The notes beneath the pieces are model-generated. The model ran no database searches and had not been told where the DNA came from. It saw nothing but the letters and a program-made list of their open reading frames with translations. 64,000 bases of DNA from Squalus acanthias (lineage: Eukaryota). Position numbers and translations under genes: made by a program. Below are positions 26,096 through 37,357 of this stretch, piece by piece (position 1 is the stretch's first letter; every line of letters begins with the position of its first letter). The DNA is taken from contig CM059432.1 in NCBI GenBank assembly GCA_030390025.1, positions 136,650,001 through 136,714,000 on the forward strand, in the 5' to 3' direction.

Positions 26096-26258
26096 CATTG
26101 CTGTCCACAACGGGGTCGGCGTCCCCAGTGGCAACGGGACCGATCACCCGGCTTGCCACAATCCTGTGGACGCGCTCCTCCAGATCGCTGAGGGGTTGCA
26201 GCTGAAGCCGCCCTCCACCCGTCCGTTGCTGCTGTCTCCGATTATGAGCCAGCTTAGC
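26096..26258 (-). CDS. Harbinger Myb/SANT-like protein, exon 2
   Basis: Acceptor TTTTTCTTGCAG|GCT and donor G|GTAAG. Encodes AKLAHNRRQQQRTGGG...LSDLEERV, with the TGGG motif typical of Harbinger Myb/NAIF1-like proteins. Confidence 0.88.
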
Positions 26259-26285
26259 CTGCAAGAAAAAGGACAGCATCTGAGT

Positions 26286-26394
26286 CAATATACAGCCATG
26301 GTCTTGCCTGATGTGCCTCCCATAGGTGAATAGCCCTTACAATATGCAGCCATGGTCTTGCCTGATGTGCCTCCCATAGGTGAATAGCCCTTAC
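26286..26394. repeat. 54-bp tandem duplication in Myb intron 1
   Basis: CAATAT(A/G)CAGCCATGGTCTTGCCTGATGTGCCTCCCATAGGTGAATAGCCCTTA occurs twice. Confidence 0.9.
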
Positions 26395-26542
26395 TGTATG
26401 CAAAGTGTGGAATGTGTGTGTGTGTTTGATGAAAGGGCCATAGGTGTTGCATGAGTGTTGTGCATTGGGGTTTTAAGACCCTCTGGCCATATAGTGAGGT
26501 TGAGATGGAGGGATGGAGAGGTATTGAGAAAAAGCCACTCAC

Positions 26543-26779
26543 CCTGACGACCCGAGTGAGGTCGTTGAATTTTTTGCGGCACTGAACATGGGTCCTGGGC
26601 ACCATGCTCCTGGAGGAGACGCTCTGAGCCACCTCCCTCCACACTCTTCTGAACTCGCGTGGCAAAGGCCTCCTGCCACTCTCCGGGAACAGCATGCATC
26701 GTCTGCGCTCCACTGCGCCAACCAGAGCATCCAAGGCCCGCTCGGTGAAGCGATGAGCGCGTTCTCTCACCCTCTCCAT
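26543..26779 (-). CDS. Harbinger Myb/SANT-like protein, exon 1 (trihelix DNA-binding domain)
   Basis: MERVRERAHRFTERALDALV...LFP...VWREVA...RTHVQCRKKFNDL; donor AGG|GTGAGT at 26543; 79 codons, phase 0. Confidence 0.9.
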
Positions 26780-27429
26780 GCTTGGCAACAAAATGGATTA
26801 CAGGCCTCTCCAGGCTGAGATTCAAGGCTGCAATGAGCAGGGTGTGGCTGGGGAGCAAGTGGCCCCCCCCCGCTTTAAGAAGTGTCCGGCGCCAGTGTGT
26901 CTGTGTTCCCTCGCTAACTGGCAGCAGCTGCGCTGCGCTCGTGCGCTGAGGTAGCGCCTCACTCCTAGGCCTTTGCGCCTTAAGAGAGGTGTGCAGCGCC
27001 TAATTTAGCGCTCCACTCACCTCCCGGGGCGGTAAAAGTGAAGTTTCCTGTCAGTGCCGATAATTAGCGCCAGGCGCTAATATTTGCGCGCGGACGATAT
27101 TTGCGCCCCAAATGGGGCGCGACCTAATTTCTACCCCCATGTCCTCATGTGGTGCACTGGCTAGCCAAAATGCAGAACAATGCATCTGCATAAGCTGTTG
27201 TAATGCCTCCTACAGAGTGGTCTGCATTTTGTTATCTAAGGCTGCTGTAACTTCCCTGTGCGATGCAAGTACTGTGCTTCTGATGGCATTTACTGGGGCT
27301 GCTACAACATGTGCTGCAGCAGCTTCCACTTGCTGCACTCAACACTTTAGGCTGGAAAAGCCGCTTTGATCAGCTTACCCGTGTCATTCAGGCAGCTCAG
27401 GATCTGGGAAAGTAGATTGTCTCGGAGTG

Positions 27430-27890
27430 TCAGCTGTGGCTCGGTGGGTAGCACTCTCATCTGTCTCATAAAAAGGTTGTGGGTTCAAGTCCCACCCCAG
27501 AGACTTGAGGAAAAAAAATCTAGGCTGACACTCCAGTGCAGTACTGAGGGAGTGCTGCACTGTCAGAGGTGCCATCTTTCGAGTGAGACGTTAAACCAAG
27601 GCCCCATCTGCTCTCTCAGGTGGATGTAAAATATCCCATGGCACCACAGAGCAGGGGAGTTCTCCCAGATGTATTGGCCAATATTTATCCCTCAATCAAC
27701 TTCACTAAAAAAAAACAGATTATCCGGTCATTATCACATTGCTGTTTGTGGGATCTTGCTGTGTGCAAATTGGCTGCTGCATTTCCTAATTACAACAGCC
27801 ATGACACTTCAAAAGTACTTCCTTGGCCGTAAAGCGCTTTGGTATGTCCTGAGGTCGTGAAAGGCACTATATAAATGCAAGTCTTTCTTT
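27430..27890 (+). mobile_element. Full-length SacSINE1-type SINE
   Basis: tRNA head with A/B boxes, body and tail. Confidence 0.88.
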
Positions 27891-29019
27891 CGGAGCATCC
27901 AGACCAGGCAGCATAAACTTCCTCACGCGAGGTGAATGAAGCGGACGCACCATGCACGTGGTCAACATCCTCTACTCACAAAGGTCTGCCTACTTCCTCA
28001 GACATCTCTGAAGAGGATTTAGGATAACTGCACCTCCAAGTATCTTGAATGACCCCGCCCCACCCCCCACCCCCCAGTGACATCCTCTTACCAACAGTGC
28101 TGTTACCTTAACTATGTTTAACCCTGCTGTACCTTGATATTCAGTGGTGCTGAAATATATGCAGAGAAAGTGTCTCATTTGCTGTTGTTCCTTGGTCCTG
28201 GAAGGTGCCAACAAACAGCCTTGACTCTTTACCTGTGAAGAGAGTACATGGGTCAATGGAGAGCATTACTATTACTTTGGAGGCCTGGTTCAAATCACAG
28301 GGGTAATTCTCCAAGTACGCACTGACAGCAGCAAGCCTCAACTCCTACCATAGCATATTGGAAGATCACCAAGTGCCCTGATTTTCTGATATGTGTTGCT
28401 GTTGGATGAGGTTCCTTGCCATTAGCAAACACTGAGTTAAATGCAGGCTCCTTTGTGAACGTTTTCTTTACTGCCTGGCTGCTGTGATACTTGCTGCTAA
28501 GCATATGGCATCTACATAGGCAGACTTACTCCCAGAAGGGCCGGTGACCACTAAATGCAACAGGATAGTCTTCTCCCAGGACCTTCGGTGCCACTTTGAG
28601 CTTGACCTAGAACAAGCACTTCCTCAGTACAAATCGTTCAGCAGTGTGACCAGAATGCTTCCTGGATGGTAGAGACCCATTTATTGGTTCCTGCGGTTCT
28701 CCCTTTGTATACTCAGTAAAACTTCTCCTCGCTGTGACACTCTAGGAAAACAAAATGGAAAAAAGGCCTAATTCATAAGACACTTTAACAACATTCTAAA
28801 GCATGACTCAAGTGCCAAAGCACAGTATAATGGCCAGCCTTATTTGATGTTCAAACTTAGCTGCTCTCAATGGCTAATTTTTATTGGTCTGACCCAAGTT
28901 GCCAGTTGGGAGACTTTTTGGATCAGTCCAACTTAGGGCAGGAAAAAATGTGTATAGTGATTTGTCTATATTTTACTAAGAATGCCTGCCTCCTTTCGGC
29001 TAAGTGTGAACTGATAATT

Positions 29020-30050
29020 AACAATGGGCAAATCTATGGCAAATGGAGTTTAATGCGGGCAGGTGTGAGGTCATCCAGTCTGGACCCAAGAAAGATAAAT
29101 CGGAGTATTTTCTAAATGGTGAGGAGCTCGGAACTGTAGAGCAGCAAAGAGATTTGGGAGCCCAAGTGCACAAATAAGTTAAAGCTAGTAGACAGGTACA
29201 AAAAGCAATCAATGGAATGTTGGCCTTTAGCTCAAGGGGGTTCGAATACAATGGGGAAGAAGTTATGCTTCAGTTGTATTGAGCCTTGGTCAGACCTCAT
29301 CTGGAGTAATGAACATAGCAACAGGAGGAGGCCAAACAGCCCCTCGAGTCTGTTCCGCCATTCAATTGGATCACAGTTGACCCACCTTGGTTTCAAATCC
29401 TTTAATTTCCTTACCTAACAAAAAACTATCAATCTAGGTTTTGAAATTTTCAATTGGCCTAGCCTCACAGATTTCTGGGGGAGAGAGTTACAGATTTCCA
29501 CTATCCTTTGTGTGAAGATGTCTACTGCGTTCAGTTTTGGGCACCGCATCTCAGGAAGGATAGATTGACCTTGGAGGGGGTGCAGTGCAGATTCACCAGA
29601 ATGATACCGGGGCTTAAAGGGTTAAATTACGTGGACAGGTTGCATAAACTTGGCTTGTATTTCCTTGAGTATAGAAGATTGAGGGGTGATCTGATCGAGG
29701 TGTTTAAAATGTTAAAAGGATTAGACAGGGTAGATACGGTAAAACTATTTCCTCTGGTGGGGCAATCAAAAACAAGGGGCCATAATCTTAAAATTAAAAC
29801 TCGGCCACTTAGGAGAGAAATCAGGAAGCATTTTTTCACACAAAAGGTAGTAGAAATCTGGAATTCTCTCCCCCAAATATCTGTGGCTGCTGGGACAATT
29901 TGAGCTTTCAAGACTGAGATAGATAGATTGTTGTTAGGTATAAAGGGATATGGAGCTAAGCCGGGTAAATGGAGTTGAGGTACAGATCAGCCAGTGAATG
30001 GCGGAACAGGCTCAAGGAGCTGAATGGCCTACTCCTGCTTCTACGTTCCT
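29020..30050 (+). mobile_element. CR1 3' portion with a nested antisense CR1 tail (~29310-29520)
   Basis: YCVQFWAPHLRKD...RRLRGDLIEVFK...RKHFFTQKVVEIWNSLP. Confidence 0.88.
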
Positions 30051-31107
30051 TCATTTCATAGTTGATCAGGTTTACCTGAACTTACTAAATATTGGCTTAC
30101 TTTGGATTTTATTGTTGGCTCTTAGTATCCAGCTGAATAATTTAGATATGCATATCCAATCAAATTACCAGATATTCACAAAGCAGCTTGCAGGTTGAAA
30201 GTAAAAACTGTAACTATTGACAATATGGCAAACCACTGCAAAAAATATCGTGTTGTATGTATGAGTTATGCTCTAATTGTCAAAGTTTATATTAAAAAGA
30301 GGTGTAATATTCAGCACTACTGTGAATAATTTACATTTACGAGGCATGACTTTTAGCTTCCATCCAGTATCAGAATTACTTCCCGAGAATTTAAAAGAAT
30401 TGTGACAAATAACAATTAAGAATTCCACCAGGAGAAATAATCAGCATAGCAATTTTCTTGGTTCACATTCATAGTTTATTATGTCATCGTAACATGACTT
30501 GAATCGGTGCTCACATAGTGAAAAAGGTCTCTGCTAGCATTAAGTGTAGGGTGGGAGTGTGCCTGCACACCTAACTAATATCAAACAGGTTTTCCCATAT
30601 GTTGTAATACCTCCCATTTGCTCAGTATAATTTTGTGCCTTTTAGTAGACAAATTTGTGTCAAATTCTGTCATATGTACCAATCACTGACTCCTGCTGAC
30701 TGATACATGCCCTTTTAGACTGTTCCGAGGGAAAGCCACTGAGTATTGCAATCCCTTGCTTCCTTTCATTTCAACCCTGTAGATTTTAACCAGTCCCTCT
30801 GAACTCCTTGCAAAACTGCATTAAGCAGAAGGCATAGAATTACTAAGATCACCCAGGGTCTGTGTGAGGAGCTGCTTTTGTGAAGTGCAGTCAGAGCATG
30901 AGCTCATAGCCGCTGTGGATTTAGTCACTGAACTCAGATCGACACAACCTGGACCCCATGGACATGAGGTCACACTAACCTGTGACACTTCTCGTTGTCA
31001 CTGACCTTCCTCTGGCTCTTTCCGTCTAATCTCTCTCTTCCCTTAATGAGGAGTCACAGTACACTTCATAATGCTGGAAAATGCACCAAAAAGTGGCAGA
31101 ACTCAAA

Positions 31108-31787
31108 GGGGGGGAAATTCAGTATAGCCCCATTTGGGGCGCTAAAACTTTAAGGGGTGGGGGCGCTACCTTCGCCGGGGCGCTAAAATTAAAGTTAGTG
31201 CCCCCGCGGCCGATTTTCCCAGGTAGCGCCCGAGAGGGAGGAGGGGTGCTACTGGAAGCGCCCCATGTCCCTCTTGGGGCGCTGCGAGCCAATATCGCGG
31301 TGCTACGTGGGGAGGGGCTGGGCCACCAGGGATCGGGAGTGCCGGCAAACAAGCCCGGCACTCAAGAGGAGTGCCGGGCTCATGGAGAGCAGCCAGCACC
31401 CCGCGGGGGGGGGGGGGGGGGCTTCACGGGGGCCGGAGACAGCAACGGGGACAGGTGCTGGCAGGTGGCCAGCAACAAAAATGGCCGCCTGCCACCTCCC
31501 CTTTAACTAGCGCCGCCCCAGCCGCAGGTAGGCCCGGCGGACATAGCGTCCGACGGTAAGTCGGGGGGTGCCACCCAATATTACAGCCGGGGCGCGAGTG
31601 GGGCGCTGCGCACGGCGATGATCGGCGCAGCGCCGTGCGGCGCTAACGGTTAGCGCTGCCGCTAACCTCGCGCTGAATTTCGCGGGAGGCATTAGCGGTG
31701 CCGCGCCCAGGCGCTAGTTGATTTGCACCCCGTTACCGCCCTCTTAGGGTGCTAACAGGAGGCGCCAATCAACCGAATTTAGCCCCC
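31108..31787 (-). mobile_element. Harbinger MITE, family A
   Basis: GGGGGGGAAATTC ... GAATTTAGCCCCC; flanks AAA/TAA; similar to 36613, 47252 and 49021. Confidence 0.85.
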
Positions 31788-31789
31788 TA

Positions 31790-32528
31790 AAAGTTGAAAA
31801 AACAGCGGCAGGTGCTAATCATTCTCGCCTCCCACGAAAGGAGCTGAATGGTCTGTAATTTTAGCGCTCCAAGAGGGAAGTGGAGCGCTAAATCAAGAGC
31901 TAACCACTTCTCTTAGGGTGCTAAAGTCTGAGAGCGCGGCGGTAGCGGCAGAGCACTAAACAATTTCGAGCGCATTGTAACCGGTGCTCTTTCATCACAG
32001 AGCTGCTTCCCTCACTTAAAGGGAAGGGCCAATGATGCTGCACAAGCTAGTTGTCGTCAGTTCTGTTTTGCAAGGTGACCTGAGCGACTGCCATTACAGC
32101 CCCAAACACTCTCACAAAGTGGAAGTCTTGGACCAATGAAAGATTAAAAACTTTGCACAGGCACCAGACTGGTGCAAATAATAAAGGTTGCACGTGCTGA
32201 AAAGCATTCCCTTTAATTACCGCTCCCGAAGCGGCCAGTCGAGTTCACAACGCGTCCTCTTGCTGGCGTTGTCGGCGTGAGGCGATAAATCAGGGAGCGA
32301 GAGTCAATTTTCCATCCGGGGCGATAACGGGGCGCTGCGCACTTTATGACGTCACGATCTGCGAGGCGCTAGAGGCCCAGGCGCTAAGAGTTAGCGCCAG
32401 CACTAAACCGGCACTGAAGTTTGTGGGCATCGTTGCATTCACCGTGCCCGGGCGCTAACCCTTTAGCTCCCCGTTAGTACCCCCGCCAGGCGTTAACGGG
32501 AGCCGATAACATACAGAATTTTGCAGCC
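31790..32528 (-). mobile_element. Older Harbinger-related non-autonomous element
   Basis: GTGGAGCGCTAAATC...CTCTTAGGG resembles the reverse complement of the coding element's right end; many GCGCTA motifs; GAATTTTGCAGCC end. Confidence 0.6.
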
Positions 32529-32747
32529 AAAATGTTCTAGGTGTGGTCGGGGGGGGAGGGGCAGTGGTTGCCCTCAGATAGCTCCCCCCACCCACTCAGG
32601 AAATAAATTCTACATCATTAGAGCTCAGTTCCGCTTGTTAAAAATATCTAAATCCACCAGAGCAGAAATTGCACTTTTGTGCATTTCAGATCCTCTCCAA
32701 ATCTTACAACGGATGGGACATTGGGTGCGACTGTAGCTGAAGTCAGC

Positions 32748-33203
32748 AGTGGCTCAGTTGATAGCACTCTTACTTCTGAGTCAGAAAGTTGTGGGTTCAA
32801 GTCCCACTCCAGAGATTTAAGTACATAAAATCTATGCTGACACTCCCAGTGCAGTGCTGAGGGAGTGCTGTACTGTCGGAGGTGCCGTCTTTCAGATGAG
32901 ACGTTAAAACCGAGGCCTCATCTGCTCTCTCAGGTGGACGTAAAAGATCCCATGGCACTATTTCGAAGAAGGGCAAGGGAGTTTTCCCTGGTATCCTGGC
33001 CAATATTTATCCCTCAATCAACATCACTAAAACAGATTTGCTGGTCATTATCCCATTGCTGTTTGTGGGACCTTGCTGTGCACAAATTGGCTGCTGCGTT
33101 TCCTACATTACAACAGTGACGACACTTCAAAAGTAACTTAATTGGCTGTAAAGCGCTTTGTGAGGTCGTGAAAGGCGCTATAGAAATGCAAGTCTTTCTT
33201 TCT
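32748..33203 (+). mobile_element. Full-length SacSINE1-type SINE
   Basis: tRNA head, body and tail. Confidence 0.88.
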
Positions 33204-33780
33204 ATAAGTTCCTGCTCTATTTCACCCTACTAGTAGACCTCCTTCTTTTCTGTACGCTCCGGGTTTCGGTTTCCACAGTCAAACAAACTGAATTGTGGAA
33301 CACGATCCCACTAATACATCTCCTGAAATCCAAGGAAATAGAAAGGTATTTAACTTGTTAGGCTAGGTTGAATCCATGGCCTAGGTCATAGGCCTTTATT
33401 CAGGGCTGTTTTTCGATTGTACATTATTTTCTTTTGAGCTGTCAGCTTTTTGGAGGTTGTGTCAGCTTTTTTGAAGCTGTTCATCAGCTTTGTAGGTTAG
33501 CCTGTCGGAGGACAACATATCCAATTCATGCCTTACTCTGCCAAATCACGCAATGGTATTCCAAATGATTGGCACATTTTTAAATACAGGCTGTAAATGT
33601 GTACATATATCTTCTCCATATAATGCCTCCCTTCCCCAGAATCACTTATATTGGACAGTCTATGCTTTCCTTACCAACTTGCATTTAGAGTAACAGACAG
33701 CTTGAACTTCCCCACATATGGGGGTCGCCTCTATTTGAAGACCATTTGCACATTAATTTAAAGTGTCACACTGTATTTGA

Positions 33781-34610
33781 ACATAGGAAAATAGGAACAG
33801 GAGTAGGCCAGTCATCCCCTCGAGCCTGTTCCGCCATTCAATGAGATCATGGCTGATCTGTATCCTAACTCCATCCACCCACCTTGGCTCCATAGCCCTT
33901 AATATGCTTGGCTAGCAAAAACCTATCGATCTCAGATTTAAAATTATTGATTGAGCTAATTGAGATTTTTGTGGGAGAGAGTTCCACGCTGCTACCAACA
34001 TTGTGTGAAGAAGTGTTTCCTAACTTCTCTCCTGAATGGCCTGGCTCTGATTTTAAGGTTATGTCCCCTTGTCCCTTGTCCCCCACCAGCAAAAAGGTTT
34101 CTCTCTATCTACCCTATCAATTCTTTTCAAAATCCTAATCACCTCAATCAAATTACCCCTTAACCTTCTATATTCCAGAGAATACAAGCCTAGTTTATTT
34201 AACCTCTCCTCATAATCTAACCCTTGGAGTCCTGGTAACATTCTGGTGAATCTGCGCTGCACCCCTTCCAGGGCCAATATATCCTTTCTACGGTGCGGTT
34301 CCCAGAACTGTACACAATACTGCAGATGTGGTCTAACCAGGGCTTTGTACAGCTGTAGCAAAACTTCCTCCCCTTTATATTCTAGTCCTCTAGTTATAAA
34401 GGCTAACATTCCATTAGCTTTTTGATTATTTTTTGTACCTGACTACTGCATTTTAGTGATCTGTGTACACGGACCCCTAAATTGCTTTGGATCTCCACTG
34501 TTCCTAGCTTTTCACCGTTTAAAAAAAACTCGGATCTATCCTTTTTTGGTCCAAAATGGATGACCTCACATTTACCTGTGTTGAAACCCATCTGCCCACA
34601 GTTTTGTTGA
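33781..34610 (-). mobile_element. CR1 3' fragment
   Basis: KCEVIHFG, LYKALVRPHLQYCVQFW, 3' UTR. Confidence 0.9.
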
Positions 34611-35432
34611 CTCACTTGATCATGTGATTTGACTTATGTTGTGACGACAGCAGGATGCTTGCATAATGTGAAAGGATCCTATTTTAAGCAGACAATGATT
34701 TTGTTGGGGTTATAGGAACATCAGAACATAGGAACAGGAGTGGGCCATTTAGCCCCTCGAGCCTATTCCACCATTCAATGAGATCATGGCTGATCTGCAT
34801 CTTAACTCCATATACCCACCTTTGCCTCATATCCCTTAATACCTTTGGTTAACAAAAATCTGTCAATCTCAGATTTAAAATTAACAATTGATCTCGCATC
34901 AATTGCCTTTTGCAGAAAAGGTTCCAAACTTCTACCACCCTTTGTGTGTAGAAGTGTTTTCTTATTTCACTCCTGAAAGGTCTGGCTCTAATTTTTAGAC
35001 TATTCCCCCTCGTCCTAGAATCCCCAACCAGCGGAAATAGTTTCTCTCTATCTACCCTATCTATTCCCCTTAATATCTTGAAAACTTCGATCAAATCACC
35101 CTTAACCTTCTAAATTCCCGGGAATACAACCTTAGTTTGTGTAATCTCTCCTCGTAATTTAACCCTTGGAGTCCGGGTATCATTCTGGTAAACCTACGCT
35201 GCACTCTCTCCAAGGCCAATATATCCTTCCTAAGTTGTGGTTCCCATTGAACTGCTCTCAGTACTCCAGGTGTGGTCTAACCAGGGTTTTGTACAGCTGC
35301 AGCATAACTTCTACCCCCCTTGTATTCTAGATATAAAGGCCACCATTCCATTAGCCTTTTTGATTATTTTCTATACCCGTTTATGACATTTAATGATCTA
35401 TGTACCTAGACTCCCAAGTCTCTTTGGACTTC

Positions 35433-35966
35433 GACGATAGCAAAATACTGCGGATGCTGGAAATCCGAAATAACAACAGAAAACACTGGAAAAACTCAGC
35501 AGGCCAGGCAGCATCCATGGAGAGAGAAACAGAGTTAACGTTTCAGGTCGAAGACCTTTCGTCAGAACTGGAAAAAAGCAGGAAATGAAATAGATTTAAA
35601 GCAAGTATAATGCTGGGAAAAGGGGGAGGGGATGAAAGAACAAAAGGCAAGGTCAGTGGTGGGATAGAAAGCAGGAGAGATTAAGAGACATAAAGAGATA
35701 ATCAAGGCAAGAGGAGGTGTTAATGTGACAGGTTGAGGCTAGATGAAGTGTGAACTGGGCTGGCAGAATGAAGGACAGCTGCCAGCTTCTGGGAGGGAAA
35801 AAAAAGGCCAAACAAAAGGGTGGATGAAAAATAAAATAAAAAAATATATATATATGTGATAGGGGCCAAGGTTATGATCTGAAATTGTTGAACTCGATGT
35901 TGAGTCCAGAGGGCTGTAGGGTGCCTAAACGAAAGATGAGGTGCTGTTCCTCGAGCTTACGCTGAG
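35433..35966 (-). mobile_element. Penelope-like 3' fragment
   Basis: AQRKLEEQHLIFRLGTLQPSGLN plus terminal repeat; 13-bp TSD CTCTTTGGACTTC at 35420-35432 and 35967-35979. Confidence 0.88.
35530..35570 (-). ncRNA. Minimal hammerhead ribozyme motif
   Basis: CAGTT-CTGACGA-AAGGTC-TTC-GACCT-GAAA-CGTTA-ACTCTG. Confidence 0.75.
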
Positions 35967-36612
35967 CTCTTTGGACTTCCACTGTTTTTAGTTTTTCACC
36001 ATTTAGAAAGTGCCCTGTTCTATCCTTTTTAGGTCCAAAGTGGATGACCTCACATTTGTCTACATTGAAATCCATTTGCCACAGTTTTGCCCATTCACTT
36101 AATCTATCGATATCTCTTTGTAATTTTATGCTTTCATCTACACTGCCTACAATGCTGCCTATCTTTGAGTCATCGTCAAATTTGGATATGTGGCTTTCTA
36201 TCCCATCATCTAAGTCGTTAATAAATATGGTGAATAGTTGAGGTCCCAACACAGATCCCTGTGGGACACCAGGAGTCACATCCTGCCGATTAGAGTACCT
36301 GCCCATTATCCCTACTCTCTGTCTCCTGCCGCTCAGCCAATTTCCTAACCAGGTCAATAATTTGCCCTCAATTCCATGGGCTTCAACCTTAGTTAACAGT
36401 CTCTTATGAGGGACTTTATCAAATGCCTTCTGGAAATCCATATAAATAACATCCATGGACATTCCCCTGTCCACTACTTTAGTCACCTCTTCAAAAAATT
36501 CAGTCAGGTTTGTCAGGCATGACCTACCTTTCACAAATCCATGCTGGCTCTCCCTGATCAGCTGAAAATGTTCAAGGTGTTCAGTCACTCTATCCTTAAT
36601 TGTAGACTCTAG

Positions 36613-37357
36613 GGGGGGAAAATTCGGTTGCTTTGCGCCTCCCGTTAGCACCCTAAGAGGGCGCTAACGGGGCGCAAAGCAACTCGCGCCTGGGCGCAGC
36701 GCTGCCAACACCTCCTGCGGAATTCAATGGGAGGTTAGTGGCAGCGGTAACCGTTAGTGCCCCGCGGCGCTGTGCCGCCGGCGATGACATCATCGCCGTG
36801 CACAGCGGCCCACTCACGCCCCGGCAGCGATCTTCGGTTGCGCCTCCGGACTTACCACCGGACGCTATGTCCGACGGGGTCAGGGGGGCCTACTTGCAGC
36901 CGGGGCAGCGCTAATTAAAGGCGAGGTGCCGGGCAGCCATTTTTGCTGCTGGCCGCCTGCCAGCACCTGCCCCCATTGCCGTCCCCGGCCTCCTCTTCAG
37001 CCCCCCCCCCCCCGCAGAGTGCCGGCTGCGCTCTGTGACCCCAGCACTTCTCTTGAGTGCCGGGCTCTTTTGCCGGCACTCCGATCCCTGGTGGCCCAGC
37101 TGGGCCCCGGGTTGCGCTGCGCAAGGCCCCTCCCCTTTAAGAAGGGGAGGAAAGGCTGCAGTACCACGGCGCAACGTGCTGCAGAGTGTGGCGCTGCAGC
37201 AAGTAGTGCCGCGATATTCCCTCGCAGCGCCCCAAGAGGGAGGCGGGGCGCTTCCAGTAGCACCCCACTCCCTCTTGGTGTGCTACCGGTAAATTTCAGG
37301 CGCGGGGGCGCCAGCGAAGTTAGCGCCCCAAAGGTTGCCCAACTCAATTATTCCCCC
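36613..37357 (+). mobile_element. Harbinger MITE, family A, nested in CR1
   Basis: TAG|GGGGGGAAAATTCGG ... CAATTATTCCCCC|TAG; exact 3-bp TSD. Confidence 0.9.

Larger units (their letters stand above)
23130..27138 (+). mobile_element. PIF/Harbinger DNA transposon with two convergent genes; left terminus missing
   Basis: Transposase plus Myb/SANT gene. Right end TAATTTCTACCCCC. Both non-coding flanks align by eye to the MITEs at 47986 and 57450, but left homology begins only at GCGCCCCCTGCCTTACCGCC (23130). Confidence 0.93.

Noticed and set aside
26286..26394. CRISPR-like direct repeats
   Set aside because: Simple two-copy tandem duplication without spacers, in eukaryotic DNA.
35872..36651. 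259-aa ORF that looks like an RT fused to a GIY-YIG tail
   Set aside because: Chance in-frame chimera of MITE end, CR1 RT and an inserted Penelope fragment. The 13-bp TSD marks the insertion, and the RT motif reads FDDD.
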